In this document: positions 1 to 9,959 of the stretch, in pieces | Layout of the letters: each line of letters begins with the position of its first letter | How positions within the stretch are numbered: position 1 is the stretch's first letter | Assembly (NCBI GenBank): GCA_013374855.1 | Contig: CP055308.1 | Coordinates: 725,310 to 789,309 of the forward strand | Direction of reading: 5' to 3' | Length of the DNA: 64,000 nt | From: Candidatus Woesebacteria bacterium | GTDB taxonomy: Bacteria; Patescibacteriota; Microgenomatia; UBA8517 | Program-made: the position numbers and the translations under genes | Notes under the pieces: model-generated | Seen by the model: the letters and a program-made list of their open reading frames with translations, nothing else | Told to the model about the DNA's origin: nothing | Database searches by the model: none

Positions 1-202
1 AAAACTGGCTGAAATTGATTTAAAATTAAGAGGTCCAGGAGAACTTTGGGGAACAAAACAGCACGGATTTCCAAAATTCAAAGCCGCAAATTGGCAGGAT
101 ACAAAACTAATCCAGTTAGCACGAAAAATATCAAAAAAAGCTCTTGTCTCCCCCAAAAAATATAAAAACTTACTCCTTGAGGCAAACATTACGAAATTCT
201 AA
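1..202 (+). CDS. recG: ATP-dependent DNA helicase RecG, C-terminal part (5' end outside window)
   Basis: Frame 2 reads [22 protein letters not shown] (RecG TRG motif) to TAA at 200-202. Confidence 0.9.
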   Translation, partial: KLAEIDLKLRGPGELWGTKQHGFPKFKAANWQDTKLIQLARKISKKALVSPKKYKNLLLEANITKF

Positions 203-210
203 AATACCTA

Positions 211-240
211 TTGCACAAAAACAGCAAAACAGGATAAAAT
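211..240 (+). promoter_or_regulatory. sigma70-type promoter for rpmF operon
   Basis: TTGCAC (211-216), 18 nt, TAAAAT (235-240); ATG at 250. Confidence 0.55.
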
Positions 241-249
241 AAAACCTGT

Positions 250-405
250 ATGACACCTTTACCAAAAAGAAAACACACACATTCAAGAACAGGCAAAAGA
301 AAAAATAGCAGTTCCAATCGCTATTCCCTGCCACAAACTGCAAGATGCCCGAATTGCAAAAAACTAAAGATTATCCATCAAGTCTGTCTCCATTGCGGAA
401 AGTAA
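250..405 (+). CDS. rpmF: 50S ribosomal protein L32 (not in ORF track, 51 aa)
   Basis: MTPLPKRKHTHSRTGKR...CPNCKKLKIIHQVCLHCGK: L32 N-terminus plus CxxC...CxxC zinc ribbon. Confidence 0.92.
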   Translation: MTPLPKRKHTHSRTGKRKNSSSNRYSLPQTARCPNCKKLKIIHQVCLHCGK

Positions 406-406
406 A

Positions 407-772
407 ATGAAATCTCCCTATGACCCTCGACACCAAAAAAGAAGAGAGATAATAAAAGTACTTTTTGCAGAGGAATTTGTTCATCAAGAAAGAGACTTCT
501 CACTCATAGATAAAATACTTAAAAAGAAAAGCAGGATAGATAAAATGATAGAGGAATCAGCTCCCGAGTGGCCAATTGACAAAATTAATAAAATAGACCT
601 AGCTATACTGCGTCTTTCAGTTTTTGAGATGATTGAAAAAAAGGCTCCGCCCAAGGTTATAATAGACGAGGCAGTAGAACTTGCAAAAGAATTTGGCAGC
701 GAAAGTTCGCCTGCATTTGTAAACGGAGTTTTAGGAAGTATATACAAAAAAATTGAAAATGGAAAAAACTGA
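407..772 (+). CDS. nusB: Transcription antitermination factor NusB
   Basis: IDLAILRL...VIIDEAVELAKEFG...FVNGVL motifs. Confidence 0.95.
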   Translation: MKSPYDPRHQKRREIIKVLFAEEFVHQERDFSLIDKILKKKSRIDKMIEESAPEWPIDKINKIDLAILRLSVFEMIEKKAPPKVIIDEAVELAKEFGSESSPAFVNGVLGSIYKKIENGKN

Positions 773-1016
773 AAAAAACTACCAGAAAATAGAGAAAATA
801 GTAAAAGAGACATTATCTGAAATGCTTGGTATTGAAACAACAGATATAAGCAGTGATGATATTCTAACAGAGCATCTTCATATGGGACCTACTGAAATTA
901 CAGACTTAACTGAAAAATTAGCTCAAAGAGGAATTATCATAGAAAATGATATCTTCAAGGAAGTAATCACCGTGGGAGAGCTTATAGAATATATAATAAA
1001 CAATGTCGATTTCTAA
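759..1016 (+). CDS. Acyl-carrier-protein-like protein lacking the canonical DSL serine
   Basis: Acidic ~85 aa with ACP-like pattern (LGIETTDIS...L...ITVGELIEYI), upstream of rnc; GPT in place of DSL. Confidence 0.7.
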   Translation: MEKTEKNYQKIEKIVKETLSEMLGIETTDISSDDILTEHLHMGPTEITDLTEKLAQRGIIIENDIFKEVITVGELIEYIINNVDF

Positions 1017-1689
1017 AATAGAAGAAATTAAAAAAAAGTTTAAAGATAAAAAAATTATCGAGGAAGCCTTAACTCACCGCTCCTGGGTTAATGAAAACAA
1101 GGGAGAAAAAAGAGATAACAATGAAAGATTAGAATTCTTGGGAGATGCAATTCTCGAATTTATAGTCTCAAAACACCTATTTTTCCAATTCCCAAAAAAA
1201 AATGAAGGCTTTTTAACCACACTGCGGTCAAACCTAGTAAACACAACAGGTTTGGCTTCGGTAGCAAGGGAGCTCGATTTGGGTAGACACCTATACCTCT
1301 CCAAAGGGGAAGAGGAAACAGGAGGAAGAACAAACCCTTCAATTCTTGCCGATACGGTAGAGGCTATAATCGGTGCTATTTATATAGACCAAGGATTGGA
1401 AAACACAGAAAAATTTATAGAAGAAAATATACTCTACAAAATTAAAGATCTAATAAAAAAACCGCTCAAAGACCCAAAAAGTAGACTGCAGGAAAAAATA
1501 CAAGCAGAAGGGATGCCAGCACCAAAATATGTAGTAGTAAAGGAAATGGGACCTGATCACCAAAAAACTTTCGTTGTAAGGGTAAGTATTAATGGAGAAC
1601 TGCTAGAAGAAGGCGTTGGGAAAAGCAAATCCGAAGCAGAACAACAGGCAGCGCAAAAAGCTCTTGATAAATTCGATAGAGACAATTAA
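1003..1689 (+). CDS. rnc: Ribonuclease III
   Basis: NERLEFLGDA signature, C-terminal dsRBD (DPKSRLQE...AEQQAA). Confidence 0.97.
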   Translation: MSISKIEEIKKKFKDKKIIEEALTHRSWVNENKGEKRDNNERLEFLGDAILEFIVSKHLFFQFPKKNEGFLTTLRSNLVNTTGLASVARELDLGRHLYLSKGEEETGGRTNPSILADTVEAIIGAIYIDQGLENTEKFIEENILYKIKDLIKKPLKDPKSRLQEKIQAEGMPAPKYVVVKEMGPDHQKTFVVRVSINGELLEEGVGKSKSEAEQQAAQKALDKFDRDN

Positions 1690-1700
1690 AATTAAGCCTT

Positions 1701-1916
1701 ATGATCAAAATAAGACTAACAAGATTGGGGAAAAGAAACAATCCTTTTTACAGAATTGTAGCAATAGAAGAAAACAAAAAAAGGGAGGGGGAACCTATTG
1801 ATATTCTAGGTTTTTGGGATAAAAGTAATAAAAAAATAGAAATTAATAAGAACAAACTCGAAGAATGGAAGAAAAAAGGGGCTGTTGTTACAAAAGCGGT
1901 TGAAAATCTGCTATAA
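1701..1916 (+). CDS. rpsP: 30S ribosomal protein S16
   Basis: MIKIRLTRLGKRNNPFYRIVA. Confidence 0.96.
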   Translation: MIKIRLTRLGKRNNPFYRIVAIEENKKREGEPIDILGFWDKSNKKIEINKNKLEEWKKKGAVVTKAVENLL

Positions 1917-1920
1917 AAGC

Positions 1921-2151
1921 ATGGATGAATTATTAAAATTTCTACTAAACTCCATAAGCGGGGAGGATGTTCAATTCGAAAAAAAGGAAGATTCAGGTAT
2001 AATTACTTACACTATAAAACCTAAAAAAGAAAAAACAGGCCTTATAATAGGAAAAAACGGCAAAACAATAAAAGCCATTACCCAAATACTCAAGATAAAA
2101 GCAACAATAGAAAAAAAGAGAGTTTTTGTTAACCTAGAATCTCTTCAATAA
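1921..2151 (+). CDS. khpA: KH-domain RNA-binding protein (KhpA/YlqC family)
   Basis: GLIIGKNGKTIKAI KH motif; canonical position after rpsP; ATG at 1921. Confidence 0.8.
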   Translation: MDELLKFLLNSISGEDVQFEKKEDSGIITYTIKPKKEKTGLIIGKNGKTIKAITQILKIKATIEKKRVFVNLESLQ

Positions 2152-2168
2152 ACTCTAACAAAAAAGAA

Positions 2169-2897
2169 TCACTCAATAAAGGGGTTAGTTCTCGTGTATG
2201 GGCCTGTAGGAGACAATTGTTGACTAAATTGAAATCTTTCCATTTTGCTTAAGACTTCCAATGTTTTCTTTTCATCCTCAGTCAAATCTCTCAACGGAGT
2301 ATCAAGGCTAACAGCAGTTTTTGAGGCAATATAAGGAGACCAAAAATCTCGAATTTCCAAATCAGCAGTCAAAAGCTCACCTTCTGAAGAAAAATTAAAT
2401 CTTTCTACAGACATTAACGGAACAATATTTTCCACTCTTTTCAAGAACAAAAGAACCTGTTCCATTTCTCCAATTACTTCTAGCCTCACTCCATCAGTTA
2501 AAACCTGATCCCCTCCAGCTGATTCTGAAGAAGACAAAGAAACCTGATAGCTTTCAACAGGAAGGACATATTCTGAAAGTAAACTCTTAATCCCCATAAG
2601 AGTATTAAGAATCGGACTTTTAGTAGGCAAAAAAATAGCAGTTGAACTAAAATAAATAGGCACCGCATCGGAATTAAGCTTTTCCAACTTATTCTTTTTC
2701 TCAAGCAATAAAGACTCTTTCTTTCTTAGGTTATCTATTGTTCTTTTTTGTTCCAATACTTTAGATAAACCAACCTTAAAAACGACAATTATCAATAAGA
2801 GAAACATAAAAAAAGAAATAAAAGGCACAAAATCCGACAAATTAAACGTGTTGGTGTTAATTTTAACTCTAGAACCTGCACTTATATTTTCTTTCAT
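2169..2897 (-). CDS. PilO-like type IV pilus assembly protein
   Basis: N-terminal TM, coiled coil, ferredoxin-like C-terminal pattern; follows pilM/pilN. Confidence 0.6.
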   Translation of the reverse strand: MKENISAGSRVKINTNTFNLSDFVPFISFFMFLLLIIVVFKVGLSKVLEQKRTIDNLRKKESLLLEKKNKLEKLNSDAVPIYFSSTAIFLPTKSPILNTLMGIKSLLSEYVLPVESYQVSLSSSESAGGDQVLTDGVRLEVIGEMEQVLLFLKRVENIVPLMSVERFNFSSEGELLTADLEIRDFWSPYIASKTAVSLDTPLRDLTEDEKKTLEVLSKMERFQFSQQLSPTGPYTRTNPFIE

Positions 2898-3418
2898 ATT
2901 TTAAAATCTAACTGCAACTTATAACCTGAACTAGGACTAAACTCCAAGGAATCAACAACTACATTTTTGTAATTTTGATTTTCCTTAATAGCAGAAAGCA
3001 ACCCCATCAAATCCTGATAACTGAAAACCACCAAAGAAAATGACAAGCTGCCTTTGTTAATTTCTCCTTTTTCTAAACTCCAAGAATTAATTTTATCCAA
3101 AAAAGACTTTAAATCTTCAGCTCTTTTCAAAGAATCACGCGAAGATAAAATTACCTGAGCTTTTTGAGCTCTATCACCAATGAAATTGTACTTTTCTTCA
3201 ACTTCAGTAAGTGCTTTCAGATCATTTTGTAAAGAGGACTCGCTTCTCTTTAAAGAATCTATTTTACCTTGATTCAAAATTATCAAAAAAACAAAAACCA
3301 AAGAAAAAACAAAAAAAATCAAAGCCAAGACTAAACTTACACCTCTCAGAGAACGACCTGCTTCTGAAAAAGACAAAACCCTACGCCTCTTGGAAATTAG
3401 TAAATTTACTTCACTCAT
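2894..3418 (-). CDS. PilN-like protein
   Basis: VNLL N-terminal PilM-binding motif, TM, coiled coil; downstream of pilM. Confidence 0.7.
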   Translation of the reverse strand: MSEVNLLISKRRRVLSFSEAGRSLRGVSLVLALIFFVFSLVFVFLIILNQGKIDSLKRSESSLQNDLKALTEVEEKYNFIGDRAQKAQVILSSRDSLKRAEDLKSFLDKINSWSLEKGEINKGSLSFSLVVFSYQDLMGLLSAIKENQNYKNVVVDSLEFSPSSGYKLQLDFKI

Positions 3419-3421
3419 AAA

Positions 3422-4429
3422 TTATTCCCTTTCAGCTAGTCCTACAGCCACACCATACAAATGAGAATAATCAGAAATTTGCTTCCTTAATTCTTCAGAT
3501 AAAGAAATATTTGCAAAAGAGTCTCCCAAAATAACTTCCTGGCTAAACTCTTTAACAAGATAAGACAACAAACCCGGCATACCTGCCGTTCCTCCACAAA
3601 TAATTATTTGTTTCACCTGAGATCTTTCTTCAGATTCAAAATATTGTATAGCCTTCTTAATCTCATCTAAAACAAAACGTAGTGGAAACTCCATAGCCTG
3701 AAGTAATTTTCTATCAAGTTTATCCTCTAATAGGCCATAGGATTTTTTATACTCTTCAGCTTGCATCGCTTCTATTCTCAAATTTTGAACTATAGCCCTC
3801 GTCAAAGATTCGCCTCCCCCTTGAATAGAACGAGAAAAATAAAGATTTCCATTTTTGGCTATACCAACATCTACAGACAAAGAACCAAAATTAACAATAG
3901 CAACAGGTTCAGAAACTCTGCCAAATACACGGGAAACAGAGATTAATTCGTTCTCTACAGCCAATACTTTAAGACCTGCCATCTCTGCTAAAGCTAAATA
4001 CTTTTCAATATAAGACGATCTGGCTGCAACCAAAAGAACTTTAACACCCTCTGAAATATTATTGCTCCTCTCCAATATCTTGTTTTGCACAACTGCTTCC
4101 TCAAGCGGTATCGGAATGTACTGGTCAAGCTGCCATTTAAGAGCAGCCTCTATTTCATGATCTGAAAGGGAAGGGAAATTAACGGTTTTAACAAAAACAA
4201 ACCTTTCAGGAAGCGAAATATTCACACTTCGTGAAGATATCTTTGCTTCATTAAAAAGCTTCCTTATCAAATCAGCAACAGGCACCAGCTCCTTCTCCTC
4301 TTTGACAGCTTCAAGAGAAACTCCAGAATAAGCCACTATACCAGAACCCTTGAGAGCAAAGCCTTCACCTTCCTTGGTTAGTTCTACTACTTTAATTGTT
4401 TTGGAGCCTATATCAAGACCTACAGACAT
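3422..4429 (-). CDS. pilM: Type IV pilus assembly protein PilM
   Basis: VGLDIGSKTIKVVEL, YIPIP, GGTAGMPGL, AVGLA actin-like motifs. Confidence 0.93.
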   Translation of the reverse strand: MSVGLDIGSKTIKVVELTKEGEGFALKGSGIVAYSGVSLEAVKEEKELVPVADLIRKLFNEAKISSRSVNISLPERFVFVKTVNFPSLSDHEIEAALKWQLDQYIPIPLEEAVVQNKILERSNNISEGVKVLLVAARSSYIEKYLALAEMAGLKVLAVENELISVSRVFGRVSEPVAIVNFGSLSVDVGIAKNGNLYFSRSIQGGGESLTRAIVQNLRIEAMQAEEYKKSYGLLEDKLDRKLLQAMEFPLRFVLDEIKKAIQYFESEERSQVKQIIICGGTAGMPGLLSYLVKEFSQEVILGDSFANISLSEELRKQISDYSHLYGVAVGLAERE

Positions 4430-4432
4430 TTT

Positions 4433-5302
4433 TTACTTTGTAAGACCCCCAGTTTTGCTGACTAAACCTGCTTCAAAGATAGAAAGTGGAGCACGATAGA
4501 GCTCAACTACTTCAACTCTCCTTGAGGCTTGCCCCGCAGTACCCAAAGAACTAATCCTACGTCCTTGAGAAGGAAAACTCTGACCCACAGGAGCTTTAAC
4601 CGCAAAGCTCTGGGGAGTTGAATTATAAATGAACCTAATGCGAGCAAAAAGAGGTCCTAAAAACGGATTGATAGGAATAGAATCAACAGTGGCTTTATAA
4701 GAATAATCTCCGCAATCCTCTACTGAAGGAGTAGCAAAACCCGGAGAACGACCCGCCTGAGGATCAAAAGCATACCTTTTAACTCTTATGCTAGAAAAAT
4801 TTCCACCAAATACTTGATCTCTGTTCCCATAATAAACTACAACTTCTAAAGCAGGCAGATCAGAATTAGAACCCCAGCACAAATCGAAGCTATTACCACT
4901 AAAACATGGCTTACCTGTGCAAGTCATTTGATTAGGGTTATTATCGTCATGAGAAACAAACCAAAGTGTGGCTACCTCTCCGTTTTTATACCTAGAATCA
5001 AAATCAGCAAAATTAATAAAATTCCCCGCTCCCAAATCCGAAGGTACTACATTAAAGCTTGCTCCAGATTCGGTAAAGTTACCAGTTGTAACGCCACTTG
5101 AAAGAAAATTTTCAATCCCCGCCTCTGCTGCTGAAAAAGCTTTAGAAGATTCCTCTTCTGTTGTAGTTATAGAAACATCGGTTACTGACCTTGAAGCAAT
5201 AGAAAGAACAACGGTTAATACAACAGCCATCCCCAAAAGAACAAGCAAAACAGCCTGACCCGAATTTCTGCCTGAACTTTTAAAAAAGGCAGGAACACTC
5301 AT
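4433..5302 (-). CDS. PilX-like minor pilin
   Basis: GQAVLLVLL prepilin-like segment without E5; AFSAAEAGIE PilX motif. Confidence 0.75.
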   Translation of the reverse strand: MSVPAFFKSSGRNSGQAVLLVLLGMAVVLTVVLSIASRSVTDVSITTTEEESSKAFSAAEAGIENFLSSGVTTGNFTESGASFNVVPSDLGAGNFINFADFDSRYKNGEVATLWFVSHDDNNPNQMTCTGKPCFSGNSFDLCWGSNSDLPALEVVVYYGNRDQVFGGNFSSIRVKRYAFDPQAGRSPGFATPSVEDCGDYSYKATVDSIPINPFLGPLFARIRFIYNSTPQSFAVKAPVGQSFPSQGRRISSLGTAGQASRRVEVVELYRAPLSIFEAGLVSKTGGLTK

Positions 5303-5345
5303 AGTTTCATTGTAAATAACCCAAAAAAAAAGTCAAGAGCAGATA

Positions 5346-5831
5346 CTAATAATTCCGCAAAACAACACGACCTGTAACACTTATCGCATCAGACTCAATA
5401 CTTGTTACACCTTTAGTTCTTGCAGCAAGATAGATCGTTACGTATTTATCTGTAGGGGAAAAACTAAAATTGCAAGAAGTAATAAAAAGATTTGAACCAG
5501 TTAAATCTTGACCATCCATTACCAATTTTCTATCAGAACCAGAAACAATAGGGCATGAAACACTTACATTTTGATCGTTTTGATTTTTGAAAATAATACT
5601 AGTCGAGCCAACCGCCACAGTACCTGTTTTCGCTTCTCTTAAATTTCTTTCAATCCTAGCAATAGCATTCTCAAGTTCAGCCCTTACTTTTACTGCAGAT
5701 TCACTCTTTTTAGACCCCTTCACAGAATACAAAACCATAGAACCAATAAGAACGGCCAAACCAGCAAAAACACCTGTTACCACAAGCATCTCAATTAAAG
5801 AAAAACCACCAATATTGGAAAAACCTTTCAT
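5346..5831 (-). CDS. Minor pilin (PilW-like)
   Basis: G|FSLIEML class III signal. Confidence 0.8.
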   Translation of the reverse strand: MKGFSNIGGFSLIEMLVVTGVFAGLAVLIGSMVLYSVKGSKKSESAVKVRAELENAIARIERNLREAKTGTVAVGSTSIIFKNQNDQNVSVSCPIVSGSDRKLVMDGQDLTGSNLFITSCNFSFSPTDKYVTIYLAARTKGVTSIESDAISVTGRVVLRNY

Positions 5832-5832
5832 A

Positions 5833-6303
5833 TTATTCCTCACTAGTAAATACTGTAGTCAAAGTTACTATGTGCTCTCCCTGATTGTCTGTCCATTTTA
5901 CATCAACAGTTGATTTGACACTCTGTTTTCCAATACCAGTCAAATACCTATATAACCTCGCCTCACGCTTGTAAATTTTACCTGTCATATTGTTCACACA
6001 ACTCCCAGAAGAAGACCAATTCAAATTATTTAGACAATAGTCGGTATCATTAGAACCGTCATCACCATCTGCTTTATTATAAAAATCGGACCAATTTCTC
6101 TTCTTTTCGCTTCTTAACCATTCCATTGCCTCTTCCGCCAAACGTTTTGCTTCTGTGTCTTGCTTTGCACGGTAGGCAGTTTTAATCGAAACTGCCGAAA
6201 GCCCAACAACAGCAACAACAATCATCACAGCCAAAGTTAAAGCTACAAGAAGCTCTATTAAAAATTGTCCTTTATCTTTCTTAATATTTATTTTGATTAC
6301 CAT
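5833..6303 (-). CDS. Minor pilin (PilV-like)
   Basis: G|QFLIELL; AEEAMEWLR. Confidence 0.8.
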   Translation of the reverse strand: MVIKINIKKDKGQFLIELLVALTLAVMIVVAVVGLSAVSIKTAYRAKQDTEAKRLAEEAMEWLRSEKKRNWSDFYNKADGDDGSNDTDYCLNNLNWSSSGSCVNNMTGKIYKREARLYRYLTGIGKQSVKSTVDVKWTDNQGEHIVTLTTVFTSEE

Positions 6304-6306
6304 TCT

Positions 6307-6825
6307 CTATTGTTCAGCCACACTAATTTGTCCTCCAGGAGTAATAAAAACACTAACCGGGAATAAACCAGAGAGTAACGACACAGTTACTTGCTTAGTT
6401 GCCAACAAACTTGTATTTCCCTTTGGGGTATAAAAAACAACACCATCCAAACCATAAGAATCACTGGGAGAATTAAAATTGCCAATTGTAAAAGAGCTCG
6501 GAATGCTTACACTCAAGCTATTAATATAAGAATTACTACCTCCACTCCTACATACACCCCTAATTTGATACGTTGTACCACTCAACCAACGAAACTGATA
6601 ACCAAGTAAATAACCTGAAGCACAACTACCTTTACCAGACATAGCATAACTTTGAGCCTTGCGCAAGTCACCCTCAATCTTTCTTGCTGCCGCCCAAACT
6701 GCCTGTCTCTGAGAATAGCGACGAAAGTTAGCATAACCCAAGCCAAATAAAATAGAAATAACAAGAACAGAAACTAAAACTTCTATTAATGTGAAACCAA
6801 AATAAAAGGGCGGTCTATCACGCAT
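6307..6825 (-). CDS. Minor pilin (FimT/FimU-like)
   Basis: G|FTLIEVL; DLRKAQSYAM. Confidence 0.8.
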   Translation of the reverse strand: MRDRPPFYFGFTLIEVLVSVLVISILFGLGYANFRRYSQRQAVWAAARKIEGDLRKAQSYAMSGKGSCASGYLLGYQFRWLSGTTYQIRGVCRSGGSNSYINSLSVSIPSSFTIGNFNSPSDSYGLDGVVFYTPKGNTSLLATKQVTVSLLSGLFPVSVFITPGGQISVAEQ

Positions 6826-6828
6826 AAA

Positions 6829-7287
6829 TTAAGGATTGGTAACTTTATAATTGCAACTAACACCACTGCCACAAGAGGTTCCACAACCAGACACAGAACC
6901 ACTTGCTGACTCAAGAGAAGCACAAAGAGCATAAGAAACACAATTTCCACTAACACTAGAGGTGCAGGAATAAGTATAATTTCTAGTAGTCCCTAAAGGA
7001 TCTGTAGGAATCGAGCTTATATAATTAGGGACAAGAGAAGGAATGGAAGATAGATTCATACCTGAACTAGTGGATGGGTATTTACCATTGTCCGCCTTAT
7101 ACATCTCAAGTGCAGATCTCACTGCTTCCAAATCAGATTTTCTTTTGGCATCACGCGAACTCCTCCGAGCATTTTGAATTCCAAAAAAAGAAAGGGAGAG
7201 CAATATCCCAATAATAGAAATTACAACTAAAAGTTCTACTAAAGTAAAACCTTCTGTTTTATTAGCTAACTTCCTCATAACATACAA
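6829..7287 (-). CDS. Type IV pilin / GspG-like
   Basis: G|FTLVELL; RDAKRKSDL; DP motif; Cys-rich C-terminus. Confidence 0.9.
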   Translation of the reverse strand: MYVMRKLANKTEGFTLVELLVVISIIGILLSLSFFGIQNARRSSRDAKRKSDLEAVRSALEMYKADNGKYPSTSSGMNLSSIPSLVPNYISSIPTDPLGTTRNYTYSCTSSVSGNCVSYALCASLESASGSVSGCGTSCGSGVSCNYKVTNP

Positions 7288-7290
7288 ACA

Positions 7291-7734
7291 TTATAAAGGA
7301 CAAACATTAGATTGACTCGGAATAGTATTTGTTTCGCCGGATTTACCATTGGAACAAACAACCCAGTATTGATAAGTTGAATAAGCTTCTAAATTAGCTC
7401 TCAAAGAATATTGAGATTGATCGCTACTATAAACATAAAAATAGGTACTAGATCCACCTGATGGGTCATTGGGACAGTTAGACAAACCTAAACTAGTGCA
7501 AAGATTAGAAAAGATAACATTAGGATAAAGACCATTATTATTATTTGCATAATTCTCAAGAGCTGTCTGGTATTGCCTTAAATCAGATTTTCTTCTTGTA
7601 TCCCGAGCCTGCTTTTGAGAACGAGAATAAGAAACTAAAGCCAACGAAGCAAGTATACCAATAATGGAAATAACTACCAAGAGCTCAATAAGAGTAAATC
7701 CAAAAATCTTACTTTTGCCTTTCTTAACTAACAT
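7291..7734 (-). CDS. Type IV pilin / GspG-like
   Basis: G|FTLIELL; RDTRRKSDL. Confidence 0.9.
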   Translation of the reverse strand: MLVKKGKSKIFGFTLIELLVVISIIGILASLALVSYSRSQKQARDTRRKSDLRQYQTALENYANNNNGLYPNVIFSNLCTSLGLSNCPNDPSGGSSTYFYVYSSDQSQYSLRANLEAYSTYQYWVVCSNGKSGETNTIPSQSNVCPL

Positions 7735-7736
7735 AA

Positions 7737-8219
7737 TCAGGGTTTAACAAAATACTCACAACCACTAGCCGAAGGGAATCTATTTGACGAACAACTTGTA
7801 TAAATACACTTATCATCAGCCTTATTTTCTAAACAAGCATACAAAGTATAATCACCGGTAGCAGAATCATAGTCATAATAATAACTTCTATCAGAAGAGG
7901 GATCTTTTGGCAATACATTCATATAAACAACCCCATTAGAAGAAAAGGAACCGCCCCAATCACAAACTGACGAACCAGTCCCACAACCTGATATCCTACC
8001 GCTACTTGCTGGCGGATATCTACCCTTGTCATTATAGTAAACTCTCAAAGCTGTCTGAATATTTCGAAGATCAGACTTCCTTTGCGCATCACGAGCACGT
8101 TGACGCGTAGCGTTGTAGTTAGCAACAAGTAAAGTTGCCAAAATTCCAATTATGGACACTACAACCAAAAGTTCAACCAAAGTAAAACCGAAAGAATTTA
8201 TCTTTGAATTTTTTATCAT
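7737..8219 (-). CDS. Type IV pilin / GspG-like
   Basis: G|FTLVELL; RDAQRKSDL. Confidence 0.9.
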   Translation of the reverse strand: MIKNSKINSFGFTLVELLVVVSIIGILATLLVANYNATRQRARDAQRKSDLRNIQTALRVYYNDKGRYPPASSGRISGCGTGSSVCDWGGSFSSNGVVYMNVLPKDPSSDRSYYYDYDSATGDYTLYACLENKADDKCIYTSCSSNRFPSASGCEYFVKP

Positions 8220-8222
8220 ATC

Positions 8223-8771
8223 CTAAGGCAGAGCAGTATCCGTTGGTCTTACATTAGCACTAGTTATGGCAAAGTTGCAAGGCCCCCCACAACTACTACC
8301 AGCAGGTATTCCTGTAGAAGAACAATCAGAATTAACACAATTTTGATCTTTAGGATTTTCTAAATGTGCGTAAAGCTGGAACGCAGAAGACGAGGCCACA
8401 TAATAATAAGAAAATCCAGAAGGATCAGCAGGTAGCGCTTTAAAATAAATTACCCCAGTTGAGCTATCTTTAAATTCGCCAGAACCCCAAGAACACGTTC
8501 CAGTAGAGTAAGGACAAGCAACAATCTGACCATTATTTGAAGCAGGATAACGACCTTTATCTGAGTAAAACATCTCCAATGCATTGGCAATTTGCTTTAG
8601 ATCTGATTTTCTTTTCGCATCACGAGATCTCATCTGAGAAGACTGAAAACTATTTAAACCAACAGTAGACAAAATTCCCAAAATAGCTATTACTACAAGA
8701 AGCTCTATTAAAGTAAAACCAGATTGCTTTTTACACCTAAAGTTATAATTAGTTTTAGGCAGTCTAAACAT
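8223..8771 (-). CDS. Type IV pilin / GspG-like
   Basis: G|FTLIELL; RDAKRKSDL. Confidence 0.9.
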   Translation of the reverse strand: MFRLPKTNYNFRCKKQSGFTLIELLVVIAILGILSTVGLNSFQSSQMRSRDAKRKSDLKQIANALEMFYSDKGRYPASNNGQIVACPYSTGTCSWGSGEFKDSSTGVIYFKALPADPSGFSYYYVASSSAFQLYAHLENPKDQNCVNSDCSSTGIPAGSSCGGPCNFAITSANVRPTDTALP

Positions 8772-8789
8772 ATAATTATATTAACAAGT

Positions 8790-9359
8790 CTATTTAACCA
8801 CCGCAACACCATTAGTCCTGGCTGTATTGCAAAAACGCACACCGCAACTTATCTTTTGATAAAGAATGTTCTTACTGTAATCGGGCATTCTTTTAGTTTC
8901 ATAAGCTGCATAAATAAAATATTTACCATCCTTAAAAAAATATATATAACTAAAACCTTTATAAGATAGGGGGTCTTGGGGAATTTTTTCAAGAAAAGGA
9001 GGATAATTGCTATCTAAAGGATCACGGAGGCTATCCTTACCCCAATCGCAAGGGACCATATCTACAATTTTGTCTCTCAAAGCACCAGACTCTTTTACAC
9101 TCATACCTGTCTTATCTCTTAATACTTTCGTATTATCATCTGCACAAGCAATTATTCTACCGTCTTCACTAGAATCTGGATAATATCCAAACACCCTCCT
9201 GTAATCTTCCAGAGCTCGGGCAATATTACCAATATCTTCACTTCTTCTTAAATCTCTCTCTCTTTTGAGAGACTCACTAAAGCCAAAAACTGAGACCAAA
9301 AAAACAATAAAAAAAATTAAAAACAACCTCAAAATGTCTTTTATTAATAAGGGTTGCAT
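8790..9359 (-). CDS. GspG/pilin-like protein without a prepilin cleavage site
   Basis: N-terminal TM, RDLRRSEDI...ALEDY...YYP, IPQDP; no G|FxxxE. Confidence 0.7.
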   Translation of the reverse strand: MQPLLIKDILRLFLIFFIVFLVSVFGFSESLKRERDLRRSEDIGNIARALEDYRRVFGYYPDSSEDGRIIACADDNTKVLRDKTGMSVKESGALRDKIVDMVPCDWGKDSLRDPLDSNYPPFLEKIPQDPLSYKGFSYIYFFKDGKYFIYAAYETKRMPDYSKNILYQKISCGVRFCNTARTNGVAVVK

Positions 9360-9958
9360 TGGTTACCGGCAGAACAATAACCATTACAATTAGGATCAGT
9401 GTAATTAGGCTGGCACTCAGGCATACCATCATCTCTGTAAGTTATGGGTTGGCAAACACCAGAGAAACAACCATAGATAGGCGGTTTTCTATAAGGATCA
9501 GGTGCATTAGGACTTGCCACATAATAATTATAACCATAATTTGTATCCGGCCCGCATATATTTCCAACACAACCAAGTTCTATAGCCTGTTGATCTTTAC
9601 TATTCTCTAAATTGGCAAAAATCCAAAACCACTTGCTACAAGTTGAGGAGGTATCAGGTTGATAACGATAATTATCTTTTGTCCGGGGGTCACAAGGTAT
9701 CTTTGAGATATATGTTTTCATAAAATTCGCATCTGGGTCTTTACAATTAGGCAGGGAAGAGGGATAACAATTATAATCCTTCTCATACTCTTCAAGAGCA
9801 ATCTTAATTCTATTTAAATCAGATTTTCTCCTTGCATCATAACCCTTAAAAATTTGTCTTTTATAAACAAAAACACCCAACAAGACCAATAAAGACAAAA
9901 AGGCAACTACAACAAGAAGCTCTATCATTGTTAATCCCAAAAACAATTTCCTTTTCAT
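9344..9958 (-). CDS. Type IV pilin with Cys-rich C-terminal extension
   Basis: G|LTMIELL; DARRKSDL; many Cys. Confidence 0.85.
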   Translation of the reverse strand: MKRKLFLGLTMIELLVVVAFLSLLVLLGVFVYKRQIFKGYDARRKSDLNRIKIALEEYEKDYNCYPSSLPNCKDPDANFMKTYISKIPCDPRTKDNYRYQPDTSSTCSKWFWIFANLENSKDQQAIELGCVGNICGPDTNYGYNYYVASPNAPDPYRKPPIYGCFSGVCQPITYRDDGMPECQPNYTDPNCNGYCSAGNQCNPY

Positions 9959-9959
9959 A

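Noticed and set aside
6829-9958. Diversity-generating retroelement or shufflon acting on pilins
   Set aside because: No reverse transcriptase, template/variable repeat pair or invertible repeats seen; all pilins are complete and co-oriented
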